53,086 bases of DNA from Candidatus Giovannonibacteria bacterium RIFCSPHIGHO2_01_FULL_45_24 (GCA_001778495.1 MFHE01000006.1:1-53086); one strand, 5' to 3'; shown: positions 1 to 10,479, counted from the first letter of the stretch. Numbers and translations are program-made. The notes: generated by a model not told the origin, from the letters alone.

Positions 1-1
1 C

Positions 2-1894
2 AGAAAAGCGCGCAAGGGGTCGCCGTCGCAAGAAGCATCCCAGACCACAACCCCAACGCCATCAACGTTTATTCTGGGGCCGGGCGACTACACCAGAGAA
101 GTCCCGGGCTGGAAAGACCGTCCCTATGACCTGCATGTCCCTACAGGTTATGATGGCTCCAAGTTCACTCCAGTTGTTTTGGCTATTCATGGCGGAGGGG
201 GTAATAGCGAGGCGCAGAAAAAATTAACCTGCCCTAATGGCGATGTTAGCAATTCAAAGTGCCTTGACAAATTAGCTGACCGAGAAGGATTTATTGTTGT
301 TTATCCAAACGGAACCGGCTTTCGTCTAAAAAATGTTCGGGGCTGGAATGCGGGAGGGGGCAAAGACGGGTACGCCTGTATAAGCGCCAAGGCCTGCGAG
401 GAGAATATAGACGATGTCGGCTATTTCAGAACCCTTCTTGATGATCTTGAAAAAGCAGTTAATGTTGACTCTTCGCGGGTATATGCAACAGGTATCTCTA
501 ACGGAGGCGCGATGAGTTATCGATTGGCGTGCGAACTTTCAGACAGAATTGCGGCGATTGCTCCGGTGGGCGGCGGCTATCAATTTCCTGCCGTTGCGTC
601 TTGCGCGCCGAAACGGCCGATCCCAATGCTTCAAATCCACGGCACGGAAGATCCATTATGGCCTTATCAGGGTGGCGAATCCGCGTCTCCGCTCATGGAG
701 GACAGAGGAATAATGTATTCAATTACGGACACCATCGCCAAATGGGGCTCAATAAACGGATGCGCCAAAGGAGCGCCTATTCAGATTGAGAATTTGCCGG
801 ATACCGATACAGCTGACGGCACTACAGTGACCATGTTTACTTATCAAGGATGCAAAGCCGGGGTAGCGCACTACAGAGTCAATGGCGGCGGGCATACCTG
901 GCCGCAAGGATTCCAGTATTTTGGCGAAAAGGTTATAGGAAAAACAAGCCAAGACATCAATGCCAATGAAGTCATTTGGGAATTTTTCAAGAAGCATGCA
1001 ATTTCTGGTGAGGTATTGTCTCCATCAACTCTTGGCCCTGGCGATTACGAATTTTCCTTGGAGCATGACGGGCTAACACGAACCTACAAAGTTCACGTGC
1101 CACCGCAATACGATAGCAGGTCCCCGGCATCGGCAGTGATTTACGTTCATGGCGGCGGAGGCAATGCGAGGTCCGCGTATTTGGACAAGATGGACAAAAC
1201 TGCAGATAAATTCGGTTTTATCTTGGTTATTCCGGAAGGGACAGGCGAGGTGAAATTTGGCGAACTGCGCGCCAGCTGGAACGGCGGGAAATGGGATATG
1301 GGAGAATGTTGCGGCAATGCCGATGACGTTGGCTTTATATCTGCCATGATCAGTGATATCAAAAAGAATTTTAATGTGGACAGTAAACGCATCTACGCCA
1401 CAGGAATTTCAAACGGTGGATTGATGGTTAATCGTCTTGGCTGTGAGCTGGCGGATAAAATCGCGGCAATTGCCACGGTGGCGCCGGCGGGGATAGAATC
1501 TAGCTGCAGCCCCTCGCGGTCGATTCCGGTAATGGACATCCACGGCACGGCCGATACTTGCAATCCTTATAACGGCGGCGAGCCGTCCAATTCGTTTTGC
1601 CGCAACGTGGGCTACACGCGTATGGCCCCTGACCAGGTGGTAAATAGGTGGCTATCAATCAACGGATGCGCGGCTGATCCCAAAAAATCCAAATTAAACG
1701 AGAAGGTTTCTTATACTACGTACTCTAATTGCAAAGAAGGTGCAGAGGTAGTGTTTGTGAAAGTGGGAGGAATGGGTCATGCCTGGCCGAGCGGTTTTGA
1801 GTCAAAATTGCTTGGCATCTATCCAGTGTCATATGATATTTCGGCTGACCAGATTTGGGAATTTTTCAAAGAAAATCGCCCATCAAAATTTTAA
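2..1894 (+). CDS. Tandem two-domain PHB-depolymerase/LpqC-family esterase (alpha/beta hydrolase), 5'-truncated by the window edge
   Basis: Frame is open from base 2 (…ILGPGDYTREVPGWKDRPYDLHVP…). Two homologous domains, each with HGGGG, a GISNGG nucleophile elbow, IHGTxD and GH(T/A)WP. Confidence 0.85.
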   Translation, partial: RKARKGSPSQEASQTTTPTPSTFILGPGDYTREVPGWKDRPYDLHVPTGYDGSKFTPVVLAIHGGGGNSEAQKKLTCPNGDVSNSKCLDKLADREGFIVVYPNGTGFRLKNVRGWNAGGGKDGYACISAKACEENIDDVGYFRTLLDDLEKAVNVDSSRVYATGISNGGAMSYRLACELSDRIAAIAPVGGGYQFPAVASCAPKRPIPMLQIHGTEDPLWPYQGGESASPLMEDRGIMYSITDTIAKWGSINGCAKGAPIQIENLPDTDTADGTTVTMFTYQGCKAGVAHYRVNGGGHTWPQGFQYFGEKVIGKTSQDINANEVIWEFFKKHAISGEVLSPSTLGPGDYEFSLEHDGLTRTYKVHVPPQYDSRSPASAVIYVHGGGGNARSAYLDKMDKTADKFGFILVIPEGTGEVKFGELRASWNGGKWDMGECCGNADDVGFISAMISDIKKNFNVDSKRIYATGISNGGLMVNRLGCELADKIAAIATVAPAGIESSCSPSRSIPVMDIHGTADTCNPYNGGEPSNSFCRNVGYTRMAPDQVVNRWLSINGCAADPKKSKLNEKVSYTTYSNCKEGAEVVFVKVGGMGHAWPSGFESKLLGIYPVSYDISADQIWEFFKENRPSKF

Positions 1895-1955
1895 AACTCC
1901 TGCACCCTGTGGATAAAACTCTTTGAGAATGTGTGTTATATGCTAATCTAAAATC

Positions 1956-3599
1956 ATGGAAAATCACAAAGAAGAATTAGCCCAAAAGGGCCTTAAGGCA
2001 TTTCAAAAGGAATTTTTGGTCATCGGCAGGACTCACATCAAGGCCTGGCACGCCTGGCTTGTTTTAGGGTTAGTTGCCGGCATTACGGCCGGCGTTTTGT
2101 TTGTGGCGAACCGTTCCGGGAAATTTAGTTTTGGCTTGGCGGAAGGAAACGCCAAACCGGTCATAAGCCAGCCCGTACTTCCTTCCGGCAAGACCCCTGC
2201 CGAGGAAAGCGCTTCATTTACTTTTACCGCAAGCGATGCGGATAACGACGATTTGGCATGGTTTGTTGAATGGGGGGACGACTCTGTGACCTACTGGGAC
2301 GGCGAGAGAGAAGTTGCAAGCGAATCTGAACTTTGCCTCAATCCCGGGCAAAACCAAAAGGGCTGGACATTCAACGCTTCGCACAGCTGGCGGGCGGAGC
2401 AAATATATCGTATCGGCGCAGCTGCCTGGGATTGCAAGAGCGACGGAGTAGCCGATATCGTTTTTCAATTTTTCGTGGGCGTAGGAGCGGGCACGCCCCA
2501 AATTTCTTCCCCCAACTTATCCGGCCCATATACCGTGGGCGGAAGCTACAATTTTACTCTCCGTGGGAGCGGCGGATATCCTCCGGATTATACATGGCGC
2601 CTCGATGCCGGTTCGCCCGGTCCGCTCCCCCCAAATTTCACGCTCCAAAAAAGCGCAACTAACATGGGTAGCGCCGAACTCAAAGGCTCTTTTGCCACTC
2701 CGGGAAGCTATGCCTACACCATTACTTTGAGTGACGGCCAGAAACAGTCCTCCAAGCAATTTACCACGATAGTCAGGCCCCGCCCCAGCGTTGACATAAA
2801 AGCCAACGACCAGGACGGCGACATAACTATCCAGCAGGGCTCTCATCTTGGTATTTCCTGGACCTCCAGCAACAGCGATTCTTGCGCGGCATCGCCTGAA
2901 GTGCCCGCTCTTTGGTCCGGCGCCAAGCCGGCGAGCGGCTCCCAGAATATCGGCCCATTCAGCGGAACGGTGCGGTTTGGATTAACTTGTAAAACAAGCC
3001 AGGCCTCGGCTTCCGACAGCGTTACGGTAACGTCCGTACCACTGCCCAGCGTTGATCTTAAGGGCAACGGTTCGGACGGTCCGATAACTATTCCATATAA
3101 TACCTCTCTCGCTCTTTCCTGGACTTCCAGCAACGCTACCTCTTGCAACGGGGAAGGACATTCTTCTTGGTCGGGTGCGAAAGCCATAAGCGGCTCCCAA
3201 ACCATCGCTCCATTGACCAATGGTGGCACAAATAGATTTAGTTTAACGTGCACCGGATCCGGGGGTTCTAGGTCGGACGGTGTTACGGTGACGGTTGCTT
3301 CGCAACCAACTCAACAATCTTCTTTTAATGTGACATCTCCCAACGGAGGCGAAAGCTGGAAGCAGAAAAGCACTCACAAAATCAAGTGGACCTCAACCAG
3401 CAAATCAAAGAAGGTGAGCATTTCTCTTGAGAACCCTTCTTATACTCTCATCATCAACAGCAATACCGACAACGACGGGCTTTTTGAGTGGACGATTCCC
3501 AAGAACGTTCCGCCGGGGCAATATCAGATCACGATAGCGGATGCTTCCAAGCCAAGCGATTTTGACCGCAGCGACGCGCCGTTTAGTATTGTTCCCTGA
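1956..3599 (+). CDS. Membrane-anchored Ser/Thr-rich surface protein (PKD/Ig-like modules, C-terminal 'TSPNGGE' domain)
   Basis: N-terminal TM helix (WLVLGLVAGITAGVLFV), PKD-like 'VEWGD', two PSVD(I/L)KxN…SWTSSN..SC repeats, C-terminal VTSPNGGESW…IKW. Confidence 0.65.
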   Translation: MENHKEELAQKGLKAFQKEFLVIGRTHIKAWHAWLVLGLVAGITAGVLFVANRSGKFSFGLAEGNAKPVISQPVLPSGKTPAEESASFTFTASDADNDDLAWFVEWGDDSVTYWDGEREVASESELCLNPGQNQKGWTFNASHSWRAEQIYRIGAAAWDCKSDGVADIVFQFFVGVGAGTPQISSPNLSGPYTVGGSYNFTLRGSGGYPPDYTWRLDAGSPGPLPPNFTLQKSATNMGSAELKGSFATPGSYAYTITLSDGQKQSSKQFTTIVRPRPSVDIKANDQDGDITIQQGSHLGISWTSSNSDSCAASPEVPALWSGAKPASGSQNIGPFSGTVRFGLTCKTSQASASDSVTVTSVPLPSVDLKGNGSDGPITIPYNTSLALSWTSSNATSCNGEGHSSWSGAKAISGSQTIAPLTNGGTNRFSLTCTGSGGSRSDGVTVTVASQPTQQSSFNVTSPNGGESWKQKSTHKIKWTSTSKSKKVSISLENPSYTLIINSNTDNDGLFEWTIPKNVPPGQYQITIADASKPSDFDRSDAPFSIVP

Positions 3600-3655
3600 A
3601 ATTAGTATTGTGGCGGCTCCGAGCGGTGGTGGCCTGTAATACTTTAAAAAATAAC

Positions 3656-3689
3656 CCCAACCCGCGCTGGAAGACCGGCGCGGGTTGGG
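3656..3689. terminator. Strong intergenic hairpin (putative terminator or REP)
   Basis: CCCAACCCGCGCTGG-AAGA-CCGGCGCGGGTTGGG, 15-bp stem with one G-T pair; no clear U tract. Confidence 0.45.
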
Positions 3690-3701
3690 TATAATTAAAC
3701 A

Positions 3702-4703
3702 ATGGAGAAATTTCGCGAATATGATTTCATCGCCATCGGTGATACGGTAACGGACGCCTTCATTGACCTTAAAGAAGGAGGGGCGGCGCATCTGGACATA
3801 GACAAGGGAGCGCGGGAGCTTTGCCTGCGCTTTGCCGACAAAATTCCCTATGACGAGGTCTACGTCGTGCCGGCGGTGGGGAACAGCGCCAACGCCGCGG
3901 TGGCGGCCTCGCGATTGGGACTCAAAAGCGCTTTGGTTTCAAATATCGGAGACGATTACTTCGGCAAAGAGTGTCTTGACGCACTCAAAAAAGAGAAGGT
4001 GGCGACGAATTTTATAAAAGTTCACAAAGGCATTAAGACCAACTACCATTATGTTTTGTGGTATGAAGACGACCGGACGATTCTGATAAAGCACGAAAGT
4101 TTTCCTTATGAACTGCCGGATATCAATGAGCCCAAGTGGGTTTATTGCTCTTCTCTTGCCGGCAATTCGGAAGAATTTCACAAAGATATCGAAAATTATT
4201 TAAATATACATTCCCAAATCAAGTTTGCCTTCCAGCCCGGCACTTTTCAGATGAAAATGGGGAAAGAAAAGCTCGCCGGGATTTATCGGCGCTCCGATGT
4301 TTTTATCTGCAATAGAGAGGAAGCGCAGAGAATTTTAGGGACTTCGGAAGAAGACATAAAAAAACTTATGGACTGGCTTCACAAATTAGGCCCCAAAATT
4401 GTGGTTGTGACCGATGGGCCAAAAGGCGCTTACGCTTCAGACGGGAAGGAAGCGTGGTTTATGCCGCCTTATCCCGACCCCAAACCGCCCTACGAGAGAA
4501 CCGGCGCGGGCGATGCGTTTTCTTCCACTTTCGTGGCGGCTTTATGTTTGGGTAAAAGCGTTCCGGAGGCGTTGTTGTGGGCGCCCGTAAATTCCATGTC
4601 GGTGGTGCAGTATGTCGGGGCGCGGGAAGGGCTTTTGACGCGCGAAAAACTTGAAGAATATCTCGCCAAGGCCCCGAAAGATTACGAACCAAAGAGGATA
4701 TGA
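3702..4703 (+). CDS. PfkB/ribokinase-family carbohydrate kinase
   Basis: VGNSANAAVAASRLG, NREEA, C-terminal ERTGAGDAF PfkB signature; adjacent to fba. Confidence 0.9.
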   Translation: MEKFREYDFIAIGDTVTDAFIDLKEGGAAHLDIDKGARELCLRFADKIPYDEVYVVPAVGNSANAAVAASRLGLKSALVSNIGDDYFGKECLDALKKEKVATNFIKVHKGIKTNYHYVLWYEDDRTILIKHESFPYELPDINEPKWVYCSSLAGNSEEFHKDIENYLNIHSQIKFAFQPGTFQMKMGKEKLAGIYRRSDVFICNREEAQRILGTSEEDIKKLMDWLHKLGPKIVVVTDGPKGAYASDGKEAWFMPPYPDPKPPYERTGAGDAFSSTFVAALCLGKSVPEALLWAPVNSMSVVQYVGAREGLLTREKLEEYLAKAPKDYEPKRI

Positions 4704-5566
4704 GTCTTAAAGAAATTCTAGCTCAAGCTTCCAGCGAAAAATGGGCCGTCCCACATTTTAATTTTTCCAATTTGGAAATTTTGAAAGCCGTGGTCGAGGC
4801 CGCGCGCGAGACCAAAAGCCCGGTTTTGGTGGGGACTTCAGAAGGGGAGAGAAATTTTGTCGGGCTTCCCGAGGCGGTCTCAATGGTTAAAGCCTTTCGC
4901 GAATCTTCCGGGCTTCCGATTTTTTTGAACGCCGACCACACTAAGTCGGTTGAGGCCGCCAAACAAGCGATGGACGCCGGATATGACTCCGTGCACATTG
5001 ACCTCTCGGCCCTCTCTTTTGAAGAAAATGTCCGCGGGACTACAGAGGTGGTAAAATATGCGCGCGACAAATCTTCTGAAATTTCCGCGGAAGGAGAATT
5101 GGGCTATCTTCGCGGCGAGTCAAAAATAGAAAAGAAAAAAATTGAGATAAGGCCGGAAGATTATACTGACCCCGAAGAGGCGGCGGATTTTGTCAAAAAA
5201 ACCGGCGTGGATAGATTGGCGATTGCAGTCGGGAATGTTCACGGGATTACTCTGGATGAACCGAAGCTGGATGTCGAACGCATAAAAAAAATCCGCGCTG
5301 TTGTTTCGCCTGAAGTGGCGCTCGTTTTACACGCGGGTTCGGGCATTCCGGACGAGGATATCAAGACCGCGATTTCGGCCGGGATTTCCAACATCCACAT
5401 TTCCACCGAACTTCGCGCCGAATTTCGCGAGGAACTTGAAAAATCTTTGCACAAAAAAGGCGAAGCCGAATACGCACCGTATAAAATTTTGGAGCCCGTG
5501 GTCGAAGCCATAAAACAAAAAGCCGTTGAAAAAATAGAATTGTTCAGCTCGGCTAACAGGATGTAG
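4700..5566 (+). CDS. fba: Class II fructose-bisphosphate aldolase
   Basis: FLNADH, EGELG, LAIAVGNVHG, LVLHAGSG motifs. Confidence 0.9.
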   Translation: MSLKEILAQASSEKWAVPHFNFSNLEILKAVVEAARETKSPVLVGTSEGERNFVGLPEAVSMVKAFRESSGLPIFLNADHTKSVEAAKQAMDAGYDSVHIDLSALSFEENVRGTTEVVKYARDKSSEISAEGELGYLRGESKIEKKKIEIRPEDYTDPEEAADFVKKTGVDRLAIAVGNVHGITLDEPKLDVERIKKIRAVVSPEVALVLHAGSGIPDEDIKTAISAGISNIHISTELRAEFREELEKSLHKKGEAEYAPYKILEPVVEAIKQKAVEKIELFSSANRM

Positions 5567-5600
5567 GTCGGCAAGGATGAAGTTGGTTATTTAGTTGACT

Positions 5601-5624
5601 AACTTTTCGCGATCGCGTAAAGTT
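5601..5624. repeat. 24-bp palindrome, left copy flanking the PaaX-like gene
   Basis: AACTTTTCGCGATCGCGTAAAGTT, one mismatched pair. Confidence 0.8.
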
Positions 5625-5630
5625 GAACCA

Positions 5631-6194
5631 ATGGCAAAGTATCTGTATAGTCCGATAAAACAACGAGTGGTGTTACTCCTTGCGGCGGGTTTAACCTTGG
5701 GGTTTTCTCCCTCGCCGCGCGTGCACGCCAGGATTTGGAAAAGTTTGCCAAAGGCCTGGAAAGAAATAGGACGGACAACGCTTCGAAGAATTATTAAGGA
5801 GTTTAAATATAAGCGACTCGTGGATTTGAAAGAAGAAAAAGATGGAACGGTTACGGTTGTTCTGACAAAATTGGGAGAGTTACATGCCTTAAGATATAAT
5901 CCCGAAAATATCAAAATAGCTGTACCGGCTAGGTGGGACAAGAAATGGCGGATTGTAATATTTGATATTCCCGAGAAGAAAAAGAAAGCAAGAAACGCTC
6001 TTAGATGGGAGCTCAAAAAACTAGGGTTTTTTGAGCTCCAAAAAAGCGTTTGGGTTTTTCCGTACGAATGCGGCGACGCCATTGATTTTCTGATGGAGTT
6101 TTTTGAAATCCGCAGCCATGTTCGTCTTTTGGAAGTTTCTGATATGAGTCACGATGCCGATTTGCGGTTGCATTTTAAATTGGGTGTGAATTAG
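5631..6194 (+). CDS. PaaX-like protein (wHTH plus Cas2-like/PaaX central domain), CPR type
   Basis: LTKLG…WDKKWRIVIFDIPEKKKKARNALRWELKKLGFFELQKSVWVFP. ATG at 5631 preferred over TTG at 5595. Confidence 0.8.
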   Translation: MAKYLYSPIKQRVVLLLAAGLTLGFSPSPRVHARIWKSLPKAWKEIGRTTLRRIIKEFKYKRLVDLKEEKDGTVTVVLTKLGELHALRYNPENIKIAVPARWDKKWRIVIFDIPEKKKKARNALRWELKKLGFFELQKSVWVFPYECGDAIDFLMEFFEIRSHVRLLEVSDMSHDADLRLHFKLGVN

Positions 6195-6215
6195 CGCGGG
6201 CAAGTTCATTGGTAT

Positions 6216-6239
6216 AACTTTCAACGATCGCTGAAAGTT
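6216..6239. repeat. 24-bp palindrome, right copy flanking the PaaX-like gene
   Basis: AACTTTCAACGATCGCTGAAAGTT; same AACTTT-N3-CGATCG-N3-AAAGTT-GAA pattern as 5601-5624. Confidence 0.8.
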
Positions 6240-6294
6240 GAATAAAATAATTTGAGGATAGCCATTACGTCCTTTTTTGAGTATAATGTGAAAT

Positions 6295-7263
6295 ATGCCC
6301 AAGATTTTTGTAACCAGAAAGATTCTAGAGGCGGGGATTAAAAAACTCCAGAACGCCGGATATGAAGTGGAAGTAAATCCTGAAGACAGGGTTCTTACTA
6401 AAGATGAGTTGATTAAGCAAGTTAAGCAAGTTAAGCCGGATGCGGTTTTGGCGCTTTTGACGGACAAGCTGGACGCGGAGGTTTTTGAAGCGGCTGCCGG
6501 AGTGAAAATTTTTGCGAATATGGCCGTGGGGTTTGATAATGTTGATGTCGCGGCCGCAAAGAAAGCCGGGATTATGGTCGCCAATACCCCGGGAGTTCTT
6601 ACTGACACTGTCGCCGAGCATACTTTTGCCTTGATGCTCGCGATAGCGCATCGGGTTTCGGAAGGGGACAGATTCGCGCGCGCCGGGAAATACCACGGCT
6701 GGGAGCCGATGATGCTCTTGGGCACGGACTTGTCGCAAAAAGTAGTGGGAATTTTAGGGCTTGGGCGGATCGGCTCGCGCGTGGTGCATCACGCGGCCAA
6801 AGGATTTGACGCCCGCGTGATTTATTACGACGTCAAACGAAACGAGGATTTTGAAAAAGAGATTGGAGCGGAGTTTCGCGCAACCCCGGAAGAGGTTTTG
6901 AAAGAAGCGGATTTTGTTTCTATTCATGTGCCACTTTTATCCCAGACACGCCATCTGATAAACGCCGAGCGCTTGAAGCTTATGAAACCCACCGCTTATT
7001 TAATTAATACTTCCCGCGGCCCGGTGGTGGACGAGAAAGCGCTCGCCGAGGCCTTGAAAAACGGAATTATCAAAGGAGCGGCTTTGGACGTTTTTGAAAA
7101 CGAGCCCGCCATAGAACCAGAGCTTTTAAAATTGGAAAATATAATTTTAACTCCGCACATTGCCTCGGCCACCGAAGAAACCCGCGCCAAAATGGCCGAA
7201 CTCGCGGCTGAAAACATAATCGCGGCCCTTTCCGGCAAAGAACCTCCTAATCTTGTAAAATAG
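6295..7263 (+). CDS. D-isomer-specific 2-hydroxyacid dehydrogenase (glyoxylate reductase/D-glycerate dehydrogenase-like)
   Basis: GILGLGRIG, LINTSRGPVVDE, AALDVFENEP, LTPHIAS. Confidence 0.9.
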   Translation: MPKIFVTRKILEAGIKKLQNAGYEVEVNPEDRVLTKDELIKQVKQVKPDAVLALLTDKLDAEVFEAAAGVKIFANMAVGFDNVDVAAAKKAGIMVANTPGVLTDTVAEHTFALMLAIAHRVSEGDRFARAGKYHGWEPMMLLGTDLSQKVVGILGLGRIGSRVVHHAAKGFDARVIYYDVKRNEDFEKEIGAEFRATPEEVLKEADFVSIHVPLLSQTRHLINAERLKLMKPTAYLINTSRGPVVDEKALAEALKNGIIKGAALDVFENEPAIEPELLKLENIILTPHIASATEETRAKMAELAAENIIAALSGKEPPNLVK

Positions 7264-7288
7264 CCAATTCGGGTGTAGCATATGCTTT

Positions 7289-7969
7289 ATGCAGTCAATA
7301 ATCGCGGAAAAGCGCGATATTTTAGGCAAACAAGTAAAAACCTTGCGCAGCAAGGGTTTTTTGCCCGCGGTGGTCTATAGCGGTGGCAAGGCGGCGGAGC
7401 CGATCTCGGTAAAAGAGTCGGATTTCAACAAGCTTTGGCAATCGGCTGGAGAGTCCACCGTTATTGAGCTGGTTTTAGGCGGGCAGAAAAGAAACGTACT
7501 GATACACGACGTTGCAGTTGATCCTTTGAAAGACAAACCCGTCCACGCGGATTTTTACGCGGTGGATATGCATAAGAAAATCCGTGTTGACGTGCCTTTG
7601 GAATTTTCCGGAGAGTCGGAAGCCGTGAACGCCGGTGGAATTTTGATTAAGGTTCTGCACTCGCTTAAAATTGAGGCCTTGCCGAAGAACCTGCCTCACT
7701 CAATTTCCGTTTACATATCCGCCATCAAAACCATAGGAGATTCTATTTTAATAAGCGATTTAAAAATTCCGGCAGGCGTTTCCTTATTGGACGCCGAGTC
7801 GGAAACCGTTGCCGTGGTTGAAGCCCCGAGGACAGAGAAGGAGCTAAAAGCGGCTGAAACCGCTGTGGCGGAAGAGCCGCCTTTAGAGTCCATTGAGGTT
7901 TTGAGCAAAAAGCCCAAAGCCGAAGCCGAAGAGGGCGGGGAAAGCAAGGCCGCTCTAAAAAATGAGTAA
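7289..7969 (+). CDS. rplY: 50S ribosomal protein L25/Ctc
   Basis: LRSKGFLPAVVY, HADFYAV, C-terminal Ctc domain and acidic tail. Confidence 0.93.
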   Translation: MQSIIAEKRDILGKQVKTLRSKGFLPAVVYSGGKAAEPISVKESDFNKLWQSAGESTVIELVLGGQKRNVLIHDVAVDPLKDKPVHADFYAVDMHKKIRVDVPLEFSGESEAVNAGGILIKVLHSLKIEALPKNLPHSISVYISAIKTIGDSILISDLKIPAGVSLLDAESETVAVVEAPRTEKELKAAETAVAEEPPLESIEVLSKKPKAEAEEGGESKAALKNE

Positions 7970-9299
7970 TCTAATAAATTTAATAAGCGTTTTTTCGCTG
8001 GCCGTGTCTTTTGCCAACGCCCAGATTGACCCCGTTAGAGGCATTGCCTCTAACGGGGTTGACCCGGCGCTGGTTAATTCGCGCCGGACGGAGCTGGAAG
8101 CGCAGCTCCGCGAATACGAAGCGCAAATAGACCAATATCAGAATCTTATCCGGGGCAAGCAGGCGGAAGCAAATTCGCTGAAGCGGGAGATAGATATACT
8201 AAACGCCGAAATATCCAAAGCTAAGCTGGAAATCAAAACCAGAACTTTAAACATTCAAAAATTAATCGGGGACATAAATCAAAAATCAAAAAATATTGAA
8301 GAGCTGGCTGCCGAGATAAACGCGTCCCGGCAGTCGCTTACGGAATTTTTGCGCAAAGTCAGGCAAAACGACAATTTTTCCGCTTTGGAGCTCGCACTGA
8401 TTTACGACAACGCGTCGGAATTCTTCGGAGAATTGCAGTCAATTGACAATCTGCAGGTGTCTTTGCAGCAGGCGCTCGCGAAATTCAGCAATTTAAAAAT
8501 AGAAGAAGAAAAAGCCAGGGACGAACTGGAAGAGCAGAGAGGGGAAGAGCTGGAGTTGCGGGCCTTGCAGGAACTCCAGAAAAAGGTTTTAGAGAAAAAC
8601 GAAAAAGAAAAGCAAAAACTGCTGAAAGACACTAAAGGAAAAGAATCAGAATACCAGAAAATTCTCAAAGACAAGCAAAAAAACGCGGCAAGCATCCGAA
8701 GCCAGCTTTTCCTTTTGGTTGGGTCGCCTTCCATCCCGTTTGAAAAAGCTTTGGAATACGCCAATTTAGCGGAAAAAGCCACGGGCGTGCGGCCGGCGTT
8801 TCTTTTGGGGCTGATTACCGAAGAATCAAATCTGGGGCAGAACGTAGGCAAGGGAAATTGGAAAATAGATTTATCGCACGCGAGGTGCGCCAAACAAAGG
8901 GAAGCATTTTTGCAAATAACTTCGGAGCTCGGCTTGGACCCAGACCTGACGCCGGTTTCAAAAAAATCCTGGTATGGGTATTGCGGCGGCGCCATGGGCC
9001 CGGCGCAATTTATCCCGACAACCTGGCAGCTTTATAAAGACGCTGTCGCCAGGCGCACCGGAAACAACCCGTCCTCGCCATGGAACCCCAAAGACGCGTT
9101 TATGGCCGCGGCTTTGCTGTTAAAAGACAACGGCGCGCGCGCGGGCAACTACGACGCCGAATGGACCGCGGCGATGAAATATCTGGCCGGTTCCAATTGG
9201 AAGAAAAAGGCCTATCGCTTCTACGGCGACGATGTTATGGCAATCGCCAAAAAATATCAAGAGCAGATTGATTTGCTCCAGGGCCTAGCGCAGAGATAA
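7962..9299 (+). CDS. Secreted coiled-coil protein with C-terminal lytic transglycosylase (SLT_2/MltB-like) domain
   Basis: Signal peptide, long PcsB-like coiled coil, EESNLG and GAMGPAQFIPTTW. Confidence 0.85.
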   Translation: MSNLINLISVFSLAVSFANAQIDPVRGIASNGVDPALVNSRRTELEAQLREYEAQIDQYQNLIRGKQAEANSLKREIDILNAEISKAKLEIKTRTLNIQKLIGDINQKSKNIEELAAEINASRQSLTEFLRKVRQNDNFSALELALIYDNASEFFGELQSIDNLQVSLQQALAKFSNLKIEEEKARDELEEQRGEELELRALQELQKKVLEKNEKEKQKLLKDTKGKESEYQKILKDKQKNAASIRSQLFLLVGSPSIPFEKALEYANLAEKATGVRPAFLLGLITEESNLGQNVGKGNWKIDLSHARCAKQREAFLQITSELGLDPDLTPVSKKSWYGYCGGAMGPAQFIPTTWQLYKDAVARRTGNNPSSPWNPKDAFMAAALLLKDNGARAGNYDAEWTAAMKYLAGSNWKKKAYRFYGDDVMAIAKKYQEQIDLLQGLAQR

Positions 9300-9300
9300 A

Positions 9301-10254
9301 TTATTTTCTGAACGATTCTGTAATCTGGTCAATGTTGCCGGACATTATGTTTTGGATGTTGTGCCAGGATTTTTTGAGGCGGTGGTCGGTGACGCGGTCC
9401 TGCAGAAAATTGTAGGTGCGGATTTTTTCGCTTCTCTCGGCTGTGCCGATTTGCTCTTTTCTTTCTTTACGGAGCGCTTCCTCTTCTTTTCTCAATTTTT
9501 CATCCAAAAGTTTGGCGCGCAAAATCTCCATAGCGCGCTCGCGGTTTGCCTGCTGGGACCTTTCCGTTCGTGAAGATATTATAATTCCAGTCGGCTTATG
9601 AAGCAGGCGCACTGCTGTTTCCACTTTGTTCACGTTTTGCCCGCCCGGGCCGCCGGCTCTTGAAAAACTAACTTCCAATTCTGACTCTTTTATTTCTATT
9701 TCTTTTTCTTCCGCCGCGGGCAAAACGGCCACGGACGCGGTTGAGGTGTGGATTCTGCCGGATTTTTCGGTCGCCGGCACGCGCTGGATTCTGTGCACGC
9801 CGGATTCGTAGCGCAGGGTGCCATAGACGTTCTTGCCTTTTATCTCGGCGACCGCTTCTTTGTACCCGCCCAAATCATTTTTTGACTCGTCCAAAACGGA
9901 AAAGCCCCAGCCCCGTTTTTGGGCGTAATTTTTATACATGTTAAAAAGGTCAGACGCGAAAAGCGCGGCCTCGTCTCCGCCGACGCCGGCGCGTATTTCC
10001 AAAATGGCTTTGTTCCTCTCTTCACCGTCTTCGCCGGTCGCCGGACCCAGCATGCCTTTCAGTTGTTCTTCAATATCTTTTTTGCCGGCCTCGTCCGCTT
10101 TTTCGTATTCGTCAGCCATGACTTTCAATTTTGAGAGCTCTCCGAACTTCACCACTTTATTTCTGGGCCATTTAAAGCTCTCGGCGACGTCCATTTCCAA
10201 GGCATCGTATTCCTTGAGGGCATCCCCAAGTTTTTTTTGCAGTTCGGGGTTCAT
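9301..10254 (-). CDS. prfA: Peptide chain release factor 1
   Basis: [25 protein letters not shown] (PxT motif), GGQ, IRTYNF. Confidence 0.95.
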   Translation of the reverse strand: MNPELQKKLGDALKEYDALEMDVAESFKWPRNKVVKFGELSKLKVMADEYEKADEAGKKDIEEQLKGMLGPATGEDGEERNKAILEIRAGVGGDEAALFASDLFNMYKNYAQKRGWGFSVLDESKNDLGGYKEAVAEIKGKNVYGTLRYESGVHRIQRVPATEKSGRIHTSTASVAVLPAAEEKEIEIKESELEVSFSRAGGPGGQNVNKVETAVRLLHKPTGIIISSRTERSQQANRERAMEILRAKLLDEKLRKEEEALRKERKEQIGTAERSEKIRTYNFLQDRVTDHRLKKSWHNIQNIMSGNIDQITESFRK

Positions 10255-10257
10255 GCG

Positions 10258-10479
10258 TTATTTTTTAGATTTTTTCGGCGCGCTTTTAGCCGCTCTCGCC
10301 CTGAATTTTTCCACTCTGCCGGCCGCGTCAACCAATTTTTCCTTCCCGGTGTAGAACGGGTGGCAACTTGAGCAGATTTCAACGGATATTTTCTCTTTCG
10401 CGGAGCCGACTGGAAAAACCGCGCCGCAGGCGCACTCTATTTTTGCTTTGTGGTATTTCGGATGTATATCGGTTTTCAT
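10258..10479 (-). CDS. rpmE: 50S ribosomal protein L31 (Zn-binding type)
   Basis: MKTDIHPKY…CACG…[10 protein letters not shown]…GRVEKF; start moved to the ATG at 10479. Confidence 0.95.
   Translation of the reverse strand: MKTDIHPKYHKAKIECACGAVFPVGSAKEKISVEICSSCHPFYTGKEKLVDAAGRVEKFRARAAKSAPKKSKK

Noticed and set aside
5631-6194. CRISPR Cas2 or a CRISPR array
   Set aside because: The Cas2-like domain is fused to a wHTH (PaaX-like). There is no cas1 and no repeat-spacer array; only two palindromes flank the gene.
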